Source of the DNA: a virus
Taxonomy: Duplodnaviria > Caudoviricetes
Virus record (IMG/VR): IMGVR_UViG_2974799246_000001
Span: 32,001-96,000 of that record
DNA length: 64,000 bases
Direction: 5' to 3' (one strand)
Below the pieces are notes generated by a model. It was given only the letters and a program-made list of their open reading frames with translations, was not told the origin of the DNA and did not search any database. Both the position numbers and the translations under genes were made by a program. Shown here piece after piece: positions 46,484 to 56,365 of the stretch (the first letter of the stretch is position 1; each line of letters starts with the position of its first letter).

Positions 46484-49400
46484 TTACTGATAGCGCACTG
46501 TGATTACTGCGGTTCCGAACGCACGAGCGTTTGTGCGATAGATCAAGACGTTCTCTGTCAAGTTATCATACACAACCTTTCCTACGATTGGTCCCTTCTT
46601 ACCGTTATCTCCAGTGACAGGCCATTGAGCACCATCGAACCCAAGCCACCCTTTGTTTACTGCGCCTGTGCTGTCTGCGGCTGCTGCGAAAACAGCTTGA
46701 CCGTATGACTGCCTAACAACAAAGTAACCGTATTCATCTGTCTTGGTAGACAACACGAACTGACCACCGTTGTTAGAACGCAAGCGCGTAGGCAATTGAG
46801 CGAGCGCAATGCTAACGCCTGTTATACCGAATGGCGCAATGCCGAAGCGTGGATAGGACGACATAGCTTTCATGAAGTGCGTCTGTGTTAAGCGCTGCTG
46901 ACCTTCGGTATACAGTGCTTTCACACCGAAATCAGTATCGTTCAATAACAGGCCGATGGTTAGGCGTCCAGTCTGCGCGTTGATTGATATGCCTTGCACG
47001 TCAACCACGTCACCCTTACTGTTCGTTATCTGCCACAAGCATTTCGCACTAACATCATCTTTGACGAACGTACCAGTGCGGCCTAACAGCGCATTCATCT
47101 GCATAGAGCTATCATCACGAACGTTGGTGTAACCGCCGACTGTAAGGTCTTGCGGGAAACCTACGCCAGGACAAGTAATCTCTTGCACCAGACTGATTTC
47201 AGTACGCTGCTCGGTAATGATACATTCCACCTTCACTGTCTGTGGGTCTTTCGAGGCAGGGAAACGGAACGTGCCGTCTTGAGCCAAGCTGAATCCACTT
47301 ACAGAGTTGATGACGTTCCATTTAAATTTAACCGAGTTCGCATCTGGAATCGCGGACGAACCACCAGCACCAGAACGACGCTGATAGTAAGCGATAAAGC
47401 GATAGTCAGTGTTCGGGTTAATATTGCCTGCAGGATTCTCGATGTAGCCGTTAAGAATCGTGTTCTGCGTCTGCAACTGAATGGTACGAGTACCTGTGAT
47501 TGTCTCGTCTGCTAACGACTGAGGGTTTTGTTTGGTGAATACCGCACGTAGCCCAATCTGACCGTCAGAGAGTTGTGACTGACCGATAAACAGGTGACCA
47601 TTGAGTGGGTCAATAGACACACCGTCCACGTTAGTCTCATCACCAATAGACCAGATAGCATCAGTAGACAGGAACTCATCGTCAGGGTCAATGATGACAC
47701 GCAGCGAGTAAGGGACATACCAGCGACCGTTCTCATAACCAATAGTTGGGTTACGATCAGACACATCCCAAACAACGTCTGGGCCTACGATACCAATCTG
47801 ACGGAGATACGTGTTTGCCTGTACGAGGAATACAAGCAGCGTCTTCTCAATCTGATATTGATCACAGGTGTAACGAGCACGAAGCATCACAGCACCATTG
47901 ACGTTCTGGCTTGGCGTGAGAGTACCTTCCGCATCAATCTCCGCAACCACGTCAGTCGTAGGAATCAGGACTTGCGTGTTGTTCGGACCATCTTGCGTGT
48001 AGTAGTTCTGCACAACAGACCATTCAGAATCAACTTCGAGGTCAAACGTTCGAGGAGTTTCTTCTGCATACGAACCATCGAGAGTACGCATTACACCACC
48101 GGTCTTATATGTGTTAACCAGAGTGTAGGACTCGTTCAACACACCAGCAGAGATTTGCGTGGCACCTTCGATGCGGCTGTTAATGATGTTGTTTATGCTT
48201 TGCTTAGGTGCAGGCGAAACAATCAGGTCGATCTTATTGCTCACACGGAAGAATGAAGCAATGACCTGCGTGTACGTGTCGTAATCAGTCAGGCTCTTAC
48301 CTGTTTGGAGAATCGCACCATCGTAATACGCTTTATCCAGATCTGCCAGACTACCGATAGCGTTGAACATAGGCAGTTTGCTTACGTCCATACTACGGAA
48401 GTCTTTGTAATCAACAGGCGCACGTCCTTCGATGATCTCAACCACAGCAGAACCAGAGTAACGACCAGGCGAGAACTGCAAGAACTTGTACTCGTCTTCG
48501 TTTTTCTCAGGCCAGTTGCCTGTCCACTCTGCGGCTGTCACGTATTCCTGTGAGCCATCAACATAAGTTGCGAGCAAACGGACGAACGTGCGAGACTTCT
48601 CATACATCGTGTCTGGGCATTCAATCGTGATACTATCTACCAGCGAACGCACAGGGATAAGCTGTAGGTCACGATAGTTGGTGAGCGTTGTACCTTCGAA
48701 CTCGTAGGTCAGGTGCACACGCGCAGAACCATGCAGGTCACCCTGATAGTAAAGCACATACTCTTTGACGCTACGTTTCATCACAGGGTCATAAACATCA
48801 ATCGTGGAGAAACTGATATTCAACGTCACCCAGCGAGCGTAGTCAGGATTGTCTGGGTCAAATTGACTTGGGTCCTGTCCTTGTTCGACTGCCTGTTGTT
48901 GTAGCCTGATAGTACGAGCGCGAGCTTCTTCACGCGCACTATCTGACGGAAGATACTCAACCGTCGCAGCAGCCGCAGCAGCGTAGGACAGGCCGTTATT
49001 CCACAGGCACATAATCGGCAGCATGAGCGTAGAGCCGCTACTGATTGTTGGTGAGCTACGCAGGTCAACCGATTTAGGAATCATGATCGTATCGTTAATC
49101 ATGATGATGCGATTGAACGTCTGCACACCAGAACCTTCGATGTACGAGAAGTTAAGCGCATACGGCAGAGCGTTCCCATCAACCAATGGAGCTTCGAACT
49201 CACCTGTCTGCTGGTCAACACGAGGCAGAGCGTTAACGCCAGTAGCAGAGTCTTCGCTACTAAACCAGATGCCAAACACTTCGGTGTATGCAACCACAAT
49301 TGTAGGGTCACGCGCAGCAATCTGTTCAGCAGTAGCAGAAGCCAGCACATACAACGCCATTGCTTTTGGGCGAATGATATCACGTTCAACCACAGTATCA

Positions 49401-51019
49401 AGAACAACAATGTCGATTGTCGCAAGATTAATCTCTGGCGCTTTCAACACAACCTGCTTAACTGCTTCGACAGGCACAACGTTACCGAATGCTGCATAGA
49501 TGGACGTCATGTAGTCTTGGCGCATCACCTTAGATTTGAGAACGTTCTCCACAATCTCGGTGTGCTCGCTGGTGGTACGTGCTTGAGCCACGCCCAGCTT
49601 AGACGTTCCATCGTTGTACGTAACGGCGTAACGCAGACTGAACTCCTCGCCTTGAGGAATCTCATCATCAACAATGATACGCAGCTCGGTCGGCACCAAA
49701 TCTTTCACGCTACGATTAACGTCAAACTCTTTGGTCTGGGACATATCAAACTGTCCCTGATACTTGACGTTGATATCAATCTTCGTATCGGCGTCCACGC
49801 TAGGCAAATTGAGAGTTGTACCATTGAATGTGCCGAGGGAAGAGGACAGAGCGATCATGCCACTATCGGTCAGTTCTTTGGTCGAGCCTGTTGCAAGGTA
49901 CTTACCATACACCCGCACCTTAGCGCTGGCGTTACCGTACAGCGTTGGGCATTCGATTGTCAGTTCATCAGGGTCAGGCTCAACACCCATAGGATAGATG
50001 CGAGACTCAAGAGGCTGACTGGTTCCGTTGTACGTTAGAGTCAGATTGATAACAGAGATGGCCAGAGGCTCATTGAAGCGCACTGCATTACCGTCGCGTT
50101 CTGCAATCCAATCAGAGTCTTCTACCCACACCTCTACCGTTTCTTCCGTACTGTCACTGTAGCTGATAACAGCGCCAAACGTAGTCCACTCGCCACCGCG
50201 AATGAACTCAGGCTGGATGAATGCGATTGAGGACTGGATAGGTCTACCAACGTTGAAACGACGTATTGGTTCGACAACGACGTGAGCACCGAGATACAAC
50301 TTCGCACCGATATTAATCGCGGCATAGACACCCTCCAATACTTCTTCGATAGGCGCCCACTGATAGAACAGGTCTGCAATACGGCGCTGGAACATTGCGC
50401 TTCGTGCCGTGTACTGTTCAACATCGTTATTCACAGGTTCAAAGCCGATATGGTTGTTGAACCAATCTTCCGCTTCTTGCTGCGTCATGCCCACTTCTTG
50501 CAGAGCGTTAACAACATCCTGTTCTGCATCTTTCGTGATCGTCAGGTCAAGGCCACCGTCAATTAGATGTGCATCGACTTCGAGATTCACCTTGTTCGTT
50601 TTGTACCACGTACCTCCGTCTTGAATGAGAGTACCAAGAGGTGTGGGCACGAATGTCTGATAGTCCGCCGTATATAAGCGCGTAGAATCAAACTGACCAC
50701 CGAGAAGCATACCAACGAACTTAGGCCATTGAGTAGTACCAGACACCTGCTGCCAATCAGGCAAACAGTCAATGACGCGTTTCAGCGAAGGCAAACGATA
50801 CTGCATCAGGTCGCGTGTGATGTTGATGCCAAGCTGGCGAATAGCAGCTTCGGCCAGCTCGTCGTTTGTGTCTGCGGTGATACGACGAAGGTCCAACAGT
50901 TGTTGAATGACTGTCAGGTTCTGTTCGTCGTTGTGCGCGTCAAGCATCTCGAACAACTCTGCCCATGCTGGATTGCTTTCAATGAAGTCAATGTTGAAGG
51001 CTAGAGTGTTTGTCTTCAC
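46484..51019 (-). CDS. large baseplate wedge/tail protein with Ig-like repeats
   Basis: 1511 aa, ATGA-coupled to the gp6-like gene; repeated I.GP...Y.DG....W..I..G.L motifs. Confidence 0.75.
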   Translation of the reverse strand: MKTNTLAFNIDFIESNPAWAELFEMLDAHNDEQNLTVIQQLLDLRRITADTNDELAEAAIRQLGINITRDLMQYRLPSLKRVIDCLPDWQQVSGTTQWPKFVGMLLGGQFDSTRLYTADYQTFVPTPLGTLIQDGGTWYKTNKVNLEVDAHLIDGGLDLTITKDAEQDVVNALQEVGMTQQEAEDWFNNHIGFEPVNNDVEQYTARSAMFQRRIADLFYQWAPIEEVLEGVYAAINIGAKLYLGAHVVVEPIRRFNVGRPIQSSIAFIQPEFIRGGEWTTFGAVISYSDSTEETVEVWVEDSDWIAERDGNAVRFNEPLAISVINLTLTYNGTSQPLESRIYPMGVEPDPDELTIECPTLYGNASAKVRVYGKYLATGSTKELTDSGMIALSSSLGTFNGTTLNLPSVDADTKIDINVKYQGQFDMSQTKEFDVNRSVKDLVPTELRIIVDDEIPQGEEFSLRYAVTYNDGTSKLGVAQARTTSEHTEIVENVLKSKVMRQDYMTSIYAAFGNVVPVEAVKQVVLKAPEINLATIDIVVLDTVVERDIIRPKAMALYVLASATAEQIAARDPTIVVAYTEVFGIWFSSEDSATGVNALPRVDQQTGEFEAPLVDGNALPYALNFSYIEGSGVQTFNRIIMINDTIMIPKSVDLRSSPTISSGSTLMLPIMCLWNNGLSYAAAAAATVEYLPSDSAREEARARTIRLQQQAVEQGQDPSQFDPDNPDYARWVTLNISFSTIDVYDPVMKRSVKEYVLYYQGDLHGSARVHLTYEFEGTTLTNYRDLQLIPVRSLVDSITIECPDTMYEKSRTFVRLLATYVDGSQEYVTAAEWTGNWPEKNEDEYKFLQFSPGRYSGSAVVEIIEGRAPVDYKDFRSMDVSKLPMFNAIGSLADLDKAYYDGAILQTGKSLTDYDTYTQVIASFFRVSNKIDLIVSPAPKQSINNIINSRIEGATQISAGVLNESYTLVNTYKTGGVMRTLDGSYAEETPRTFDLEVDSEWSVVQNYYTQDGPNNTQVLIPTTDVVAEIDAEGTLTPSQNVNGAVMLRARYTCDQYQIEKTLLVFLVQANTYLRQIGIVGPDVVWDVSDRNPTIGYENGRWYVPYSLRVIIDPDDEFLSTDAIWSIGDETNVDGVSIDPLNGHLFIGQSQLSDGQIGLRAVFTKQNPQSLADETITGTRTIQLQTQNTILNGYIENPAGNINPNTDYRFIAYYQRRSGAGGSSAIPDANSVKFKWNVINSVSGFSLAQDGTFRFPASKDPQTVKVECIITEQRTEISLVQEITCPGVGFPQDLTVGGYTNVRDDSSMQMNALLGRTGTFVKDDVSAKCLWQITNSKGDVVDVQGISINAQTGRLTIGLLLNDTDFGVKALYTEGQQRLTQTHFMKAMSSYPRFGIAPFGITGVSIALAQLPTRLRSNNGGQFVLSTKTDEYGYFVVRQSYGQAVFAAAADSTGAVNKGWLGFDGAQWPVTGDNGKKGPIVGKVVYDNLTENVLIYRTNARAFGTAVITVRYQ

Positions 51020-52479
51020 TGGTTCATCTTCCTTTCGCTGTAGGTGATGTTAATGCGAAGGTTACGCAGCGCCACATACTCAAGCATCGTGTTAGGAATG
51101 ATATCCTGGACAGGGCTTTCGATGTTGCAGTAGTCCACTACAGGTCTACGCTTAGGCTGGTCTACATCAGTCCAGTCATACAACACACGGTCTGTAATGT
51201 CAGACAGAGCAAGGCGTTTACCCAGCATACCAGGACGGCGCTCAAACAGTTTAAGCACGGACGCTTCGAGTGTAGCCTGATTTGATTCACGCGTACCAGG
51301 TGCGTCAGCGTACAGAGCCACATTCAAGATGCAGTCAATCTGGAGTTTATCAGGGTTCCACGATTGCACATCGAGAGGACTGTGGTACTGTGCAAGCCAG
51401 TTCAAGAACTTCGTCCATTGCGCAGAAGTAGGATTAGGATTAATGCCTCCCCACGTGCTGGTGTTACGAGGCAGAATGCAGCAGCGCACAACGCCTTGCC
51501 ACTCACGATCATTTGGTGCAATCTCCGCCTGACCTTGAACGACAACATCAGCAACGTCTGGATAGAGTGCGATGGCCGCTTTCCATTCGTCTCGGCGAAT
51601 CAGCTTCTTACGACTGCGACCGACGATGGGGCTGTAGTTGCGGTAGTAGTCCACAGGTGTTTCATCAGAACCACCGAGACACGCACTAACAGTCTTGCCT
51701 TGCAGTTGTGAGTTAGACAGGCACTGCACTTTCAGACCGATACTGTCTGTGTTGCTCGACGCACCGAGTGCTTTGATGCCCTGCACTTTCATCGTATAAC
51801 CAACAGGAGGTTGTGCTCCCCACTGCTCACCGCCGAATTGAATCTCAACGTCGCCCTCATCGGTTGTCACGTCGAGGAAGATTTGCTGGTCAGCATATGC
51901 TTCAAACAAACACTTGTCGAAACGCTGGAACTCAATCTTCGTGCCAGTGGGATGTTCGAACCACACACGCAGTTCATCGGTCAACTGGAAGTTCTCGGTG
52001 CCGAGTCGAATCGACATGTAATCGACAGCGTTAGGCACTACCTGACTGAACGTGAATGTTTCGGCAATGATGAAGTCCACGTTTTTAACTTCGCCTGGTT
52101 CCCACTGCGTAACTTCCGCCAACAGGGCGTTGAAGGTACCGATAGTGAACGGCGTGTACTTATCGTATGACTGTTTGATAGACGACAGGTTAGCAACCGA
52201 CGCTGTTACTGTAGATACGGATTTGCGTCCAATATCAACGCCGAGATAGCGGGCGTTAGCGAGGATTGAAGTGTTACGTCTGGCCAGACGACTGAACGCT
52301 TCACGCGCTGCAATCAGGTTAGCATATGAGTTCGTTACACCGATATCGCCGAGCGCATCCGCAAGCAATGACGTCAGGGAACTTACCTGCGCATCCGTCC
52401 AGTAACTCGATTTGTTGATACGCGAAAGGAAGTCTTGTGCAAACTCCTCGTGCGTGGTGTAGGTGTTAAGCATGGACAT
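51016..52479 (-). CDS. baseplate wedge protein (T4 gp6 / baseplate J-like)
   Basis: REAF..A....SI...A..LG; IQFG; GGSDET...R motifs. Confidence 0.85.
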   Translation of the reverse strand: MSMLNTYTTHEEFAQDFLSRINKSSYWTDAQVSSLTSLLADALGDIGVTNSYANLIAAREAFSRLARRNTSILANARYLGVDIGRKSVSTVTASVANLSSIKQSYDKYTPFTIGTFNALLAEVTQWEPGEVKNVDFIIAETFTFSQVVPNAVDYMSIRLGTENFQLTDELRVWFEHPTGTKIEFQRFDKCLFEAYADQQIFLDVTTDEGDVEIQFGGEQWGAQPPVGYTMKVQGIKALGASSNTDSIGLKVQCLSNSQLQGKTVSACLGGSDETPVDYYRNYSPIVGRSRKKLIRRDEWKAAIALYPDVADVVVQGQAEIAPNDREWQGVVRCCILPRNTSTWGGINPNPTSAQWTKFLNWLAQYHSPLDVQSWNPDKLQIDCILNVALYADAPGTRESNQATLEASVLKLFERRPGMLGKRLALSDITDRVLYDWTDVDQPKRRPVVDYCNIESPVQDIIPNTMLEYVALRNLRINITYSERKMNQ

Positions 52480-52481
52480 GG

Positions 52482-52904
52482 TTACTGGGACCTCATGGCA
52501 AACGTAACGGATTCTTTCGATTCGAGCTTAGGACAGCGCCACGTAACGATACACACGTAGGTCTGTTCGTATTGCTCGCTCATTGTACACGCTGTCTGCA
52601 CGTTGGTCACATCATTCGTAAGACCATTAGCTGGGTCTTCGAGCGCAAGGCGCATGTACGTTGCAATCCAGTCGGCTGTAGTCTGGTCGAAAGGTTCAAA
52701 TAGGTATTGATACACGTCAGCACCAAACGACTCACGCCATTTGCGAGACTTTTTGCGAGTACCAATGACCATTAAAATCTTCTGGACAATGCTGTCCATG
52801 TTCTGCACGTTATCGCGCGGTTCAAGTTGAATCCACGCATTGATATCACAATAGACTCGCTCGCTGATAGGAACGTCTATTAGTCTGACTCCGATTCCTG
52901 CCAT
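52482..52904 (-). CDS. baseplate wedge protein, gp25-like
   Basis: SI.Q.I..V.GT.K.SR.....FG.D...YLFEP. Confidence 0.85.
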   Translation of the reverse strand: MAGIGVRLIDVPISERVYCDINAWIQLEPRDNVQNMDSIVQKILMVIGTRKKSRKWRESFGADVYQYLFEPFDQTTADWIATYMRLALEDPANGLTNDVTNVQTACTMSEQYEQTYVCIVTWRCPKLESKESVTFAMRSQ

Positions 52905-53194
52905 TAGCCAAATCTCACGTTAGAGCTACCGTTAGAAGCTGTGTCACCACAACTGTTTCCATCACCAGCACGTTGAGCGGGCTTGCCGTTAACACGCACA
53001 CTGGAGCTTGATGTTGCTTTACCAACATGCGGAGGTTTCTTAGGCTTCCAGTGTGGTTTATAGGCGTCACCGCTGCGAACGCTTCCCTTGCCGTTGACAA
53101 GCACATTCGTTGATGCCTGTGCTGGGACGACAGGGAAATAACCGCTGTGACCTGTAGACAGATCTGCGCCAAGTCGAATAGCTTTCTGACCCAT
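52904..53194 (-). CDS. PAAR-repeat spike tip protein (gp5.4-like)
   Basis: GH...P....S.NV.VNGK...R.GD...H...VNGKPAQR.GD..CG. Confidence 0.9.
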   Translation of the reverse strand: MGQKAIRLGADLSTGHSGYFPVVPAQASTNVLVNGKGSVRSGDAYKPHWKPKKPPHVGKATSSSSVRVNGKPAQRAGDGNSCGDTASNGSSNVRFG

Positions 53195-53217
53195 GATTAT
53201 TCTCCTCTGTTAGACAC

Positions 53218-53223
53218 AAATTA
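53218..53223 (-). promoter_or_regulatory. putative late promoter motif TAATTT
   Basis: GCTAATTT 23 nt upstream of the PAAR ATG, right after a terminator. Confidence 0.6.
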
Positions 53224-53243
53224 GCTTGTTAGGCCGCAGAAAC

Positions 53244-53270
53244 AAAAACGGGCAGCCTCATGGCCACCCA
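53244..53270 (-). terminator. intrinsic terminator closing the putative ncRNA
   Basis: Minus strand GGGTGGCC-ATGA-GGCTGCCC-G-TTTTT. Confidence 0.8.
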
Positions 53271-53521
53271 GTTTCTGTGCTTGGATTTGTGTCGCCCATT
53301 CCCTCACACCCGAAGCGAGTGCCCGACGGCTTTAGCCGATGAGCCGGAATGAATGTCCGAGAGTGACGATACACCTGGTATCGACAGCATGTGACTCTCG
53401 GGCCATGATAGCAATAGACCAAGCATCGCTATTGCCACCAGCGACACTAAGAACAAAAGCATGTTTCGCTCCTCGTGTCTTACTTTAAATAACTACGTTT
53501 GATCAACTGGTACTTTGTTCT

Positions 53522-53549
53522 GCTCGTCGCCCAACATCACTTGAGTATC
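53522..53549. repeat. 28-bp direct repeat, copy 1 (GCTCGTCGCCCAACATCACTTGAGTATC)
   Basis: Exact match to 53911-53938. Confidence 0.95.
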
Positions 53550-53910
53550 AGAACGTTTCTCTGTCTTTACCGCCTACGTTGCGGTTATACCGCGCACGAC
53601 ACTCACATATCAAGGGCACTCGGCGGAAAAGGTAAGTTCCGAATGTCCTAACAACATGAGTGAAGCGAAGGAGGTCCCGTATCGGTGATCTGCAGGGGTT
53701 CACGCACTTTTAACATTCGCTTCTTTGTGCATTAAATCTTTCGTGGACTCGAATGCCCTGCTAATCATTCCACTAAGATATTTCACACCCTATTGTGAAC
53801 GGGTCAAGCTATGGCAGCACGTCAGCACGGCAGGCAGCGGACACACTCCATTAAGCATTGTTAAGGGCAATGCTCAACAGGCTGTGAACAGCTTGGTCGG
53901 AATAGGTTTC

Positions 53911-53938
53911 GCTCGTCGCCCAACATCACTTGAGTATC
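53911..53938. repeat. 28-bp direct repeat, copy 2
   Basis: Exact match to 53522-53549. Confidence 0.95.
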
Positions 53939-54508
53939 TCGACCTAAACTTTTACTCTCCACACGACTACAAGGAAGAATCGCGTTTCTGTGACCTGCGG
54001 ATGTTTATCACTCTCAGACTCTTGAGCCACTATCTGGAAGCTAACACGTTGAGTCGTCCGCTGGATGACGTGTTAGCTCTCCTCTCCTCGTCGTGCGAAG
54101 GCCAGAGTGGTAGCTGATGGATTGTCATGAAGTCCTGACAGGAGTCATCGCTTCCCAATGCACACAGGGTGAAAGCCTATGCACATCAGGCAGCGTCTGC
54201 TGCGATACTGCTATCCCCTTGAGAGTGGCCATAGCGTTGAGTTTGCGCTTCGCCAGTCTACGTGCCTGGAAGGTATCTGCCGTGCCTATGTCTGCATTCA
54301 GCATGGTTCCTTTGCTGGGCCTTTTGGGCGTCAGCGACAGAGCAGATATTCATCACGTGGGTGCCGGGGTTGTCCTCACGATTACAGAGCGAACTCAAAC
54401 CGGCTGGAGGCCCGTATGCTCAGGAATGCACATACGAGTTTACCAGAAGAACGGCCCCGCTATGGTAGCGTTCTTCCGAGACATACTGATATTACTATCT
54501 GCAATTTT

Positions 54509-54520
54509 TATTTACAGATT
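54509..54520 (-). promoter_or_regulatory. putative phage promoter motif AATCTGTAAATA pointing into the non-coding interval
   Basis: Exact reverse complement of the 1918/10863 motif; another copy at 54788-54799. Confidence 0.55.
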
Positions 54521-54596
54521 TTTCTTAACCTTCGCCCCAACCACAAGAAGCAGGTTTACCGTCACCGTAACCGATTTTAAACAGCATAGTTAGTCC

Positions 54597-56357
54597 TTAG
54601 AACGCTTTACGTTCGATGTTGGAGTAGTACGTGTCATATGGTTCGCTATACAGCTCAGGGCCGCGCTGCGCACGAATGGTCACGTAACCAGTGTGTCGGT
54701 TGAACGCGATGATTTCGACTGTAGGCTGTTTCGGCTTGATGGTCGAATAAATCGGAGCGTTCATGGTTGGTTCGTCTGTCTGAATCTTATTTACAGATTG
54801 CAGAGCAGCACCAGACAGCGTAGGCAGATTGAATCTGATTTCCGCACGTTTCTGGCCGAACGCGATTTTGATTACACCAGCAGGAAGCTCAACGCCGTTC
54901 TGTTTCAGATACGCACCAATGCGACGAGCGATACCAGTCAACTGATCGCGTGTGCGAGGGTCGAATGTACCTTCGAAGCTGATTGCTTCTGCTGGCTGGC
55001 GCACGGACAGATGCAGACCTGTGTTGAAATAGCCTTCGGTCAGCAGGCGCAGCACTTCCTTCACGACTTCTTTCGTGTTGGATTTGATAGCAGCGATTTT
55101 GAGTTCAGGCACGTCAACCTTAATCGGGTCACGCAGTTCGGTCTGGTTGTCCATGTAGCCGAGTGATACGTGTTTCGCTTTGGTGTACGTGTGCTGCAAC
55201 ACACCAGTAGCGCGAATCAATACAGAGCCAGACTTCGATTGATCATACAGTTCGTCGCTGGTGGTTGTGCTAAACAGGTAATAGTCTGTAGGCACTGCCA
55301 TACGATTAACCGCTTCAACTGCTTTCGTCTGTACTTCTTTTACAGTTTTACCGAAGACAACACGACTACGGTTAGGCTGTGCTGCCGAGACAGGGAAGAA
55401 GGCGCCGTATACAACCTGCACGTTCTTCTGAATAGGCTTGGAAGAGTTTACCTTGATACCGCCTTGCAGCGGAGGTAGCTTCACGCCCACCAGCTTACCG
55501 TTAACGATAGCTTTGTTTGCTACAACAGGCTTGAGGCCAGACAGCAGTTTCTGCAACTCAGCGCCATCAAGAATCTTCTCAAGCGGAACAGCAAGGTTCT
55601 GCGGCAGATAGTGTTTCTTGCGGAACGAGTAGATAACTGTGTCTTTCTTGATCTGCAAAGGCGTAGCCATGTTGCGACCAATCTGACCTACAGGCTGGAA
55701 CGTGTTCTTCTTGTCATCCGCAATGGTACCGAATGCTTTCGTGAACTCAGACTGTCCGATGATGTTAGCCACACGCTGGTGACCACGAACGATAAACACG
55801 ATCTTCGGTTCGTCTTTCAGGCGCAGTTCGTAACGGTCACGGTTCAGATAAACCATGCTGTACTTATCGCCTTTCTCCAGCTCAAGGTCATACTCATCGT
55901 TGGCGTCATCAACCACGACTTTCTTACCTTGATACGTTGCGTACTGACGAGCAGCAGACTCGGAGGCAATCTCCATAGCCTTACCAGTATTCGACAGCGC
56001 AACAGCAAAGTCAGTTACAGCAGGCATCAGATCAACAGACGATGCAACCGCGTAGCTGTTACGGCGTTCACCGAGATGCAGATGCACGGCACTTGAAGCA
56101 GACATGAATACAGTGTTACCTGTGTCTTCATGCTTACCTGCAAAGTTCATACCGCTAATGCGTTCGATGATGTTGGCGCTTAACGCAGGAAACGCGATAT
56201 CGCTACCAGCAGTGAAGTCAAAAATCTCACCGTGACGCCATGCGTATGCCACGTTGTTCGAGCTAAGACCGACAAACGCATCGCCGATCTGCTTAACAGT
56301 CATCGGCATGATACTCAAGTCACGAATGACCGAGTTTTGCTTTTGAATAAGATTCAT
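54597..56357 (-). CDS. hypothetical protein (possibly virion)
   Basis: 586-aa ORF. Confidence 0.85.
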   Translation of the reverse strand: MNLIQKQNSVIRDLSIMPMTVKQIGDAFVGLSSNNVAYAWRHGEIFDFTAGSDIAFPALSANIIERISGMNFAGKHEDTGNTVFMSASSAVHLHLGERRNSYAVASSVDLMPAVTDFAVALSNTGKAMEIASESAARQYATYQGKKVVVDDANDEYDLELEKGDKYSMVYLNRDRYELRLKDEPKIVFIVRGHQRVANIIGQSEFTKAFGTIADDKKNTFQPVGQIGRNMATPLQIKKDTVIYSFRKKHYLPQNLAVPLEKILDGAELQKLLSGLKPVVANKAIVNGKLVGVKLPPLQGGIKVNSSKPIQKNVQVVYGAFFPVSAAQPNRSRVVFGKTVKEVQTKAVEAVNRMAVPTDYYLFSTTTSDELYDQSKSGSVLIRATGVLQHTYTKAKHVSLGYMDNQTELRDPIKVDVPELKIAAIKSNTKEVVKEVLRLLTEGYFNTGLHLSVRQPAEAISFEGTFDPRTRDQLTGIARRIGAYLKQNGVELPAGVIKIAFGQKRAEIRFNLPTLSGAALQSVNKIQTDEPTMNAPIYSTIKPKQPTVEIIAFNRHTGYVTIRAQRGPELYSEPYDTYYSNIERKAF

Positions 56358-56365
56358 ATAAATCC

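Larger units (their letters stand above)
53245..54500 (-). ncRNA. candidate large structured non-coding RNA (or cluster of RNAs), family not recognised
   Basis: No credible ORF in an otherwise gene-dense genome; many nested helices; promoter motif at 54509-54520; terminator at 53244-53270. Confidence 0.6.

Noticed and set aside
53870-53890. GTTCACAGCC (minus strand) as a type I-F repeat mimic (Racr)
   Set aside because: Similarity covers only ~10 nt, and the Cas6f hairpin and GAAA end are missing.
53522-53938. 28-bp direct repeat as a CRISPR array
   Set aside because: Only two copies, 361 nt apart; no spacer-length periodicity, no cas genes, and no match to I-E or I-F repeats that I recognise.
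54430-54460. tmRNA/tRNA-like start (minus strand GGGGCCGTTCTTCTGG) and TTCGAGTCC near 53745
   Set aside because: No canonical T-arm, acceptor stem or CCA end, and no tag reading frame identified.
53725-54593. + strand ORFs 53725..54117, 54117..54593 and 54179..54580 as genes
   Set aside because: Opposite to all flanking genes, weak starts with no clear RBS, atypical composition; better explained as chance ORFs over a structured element.
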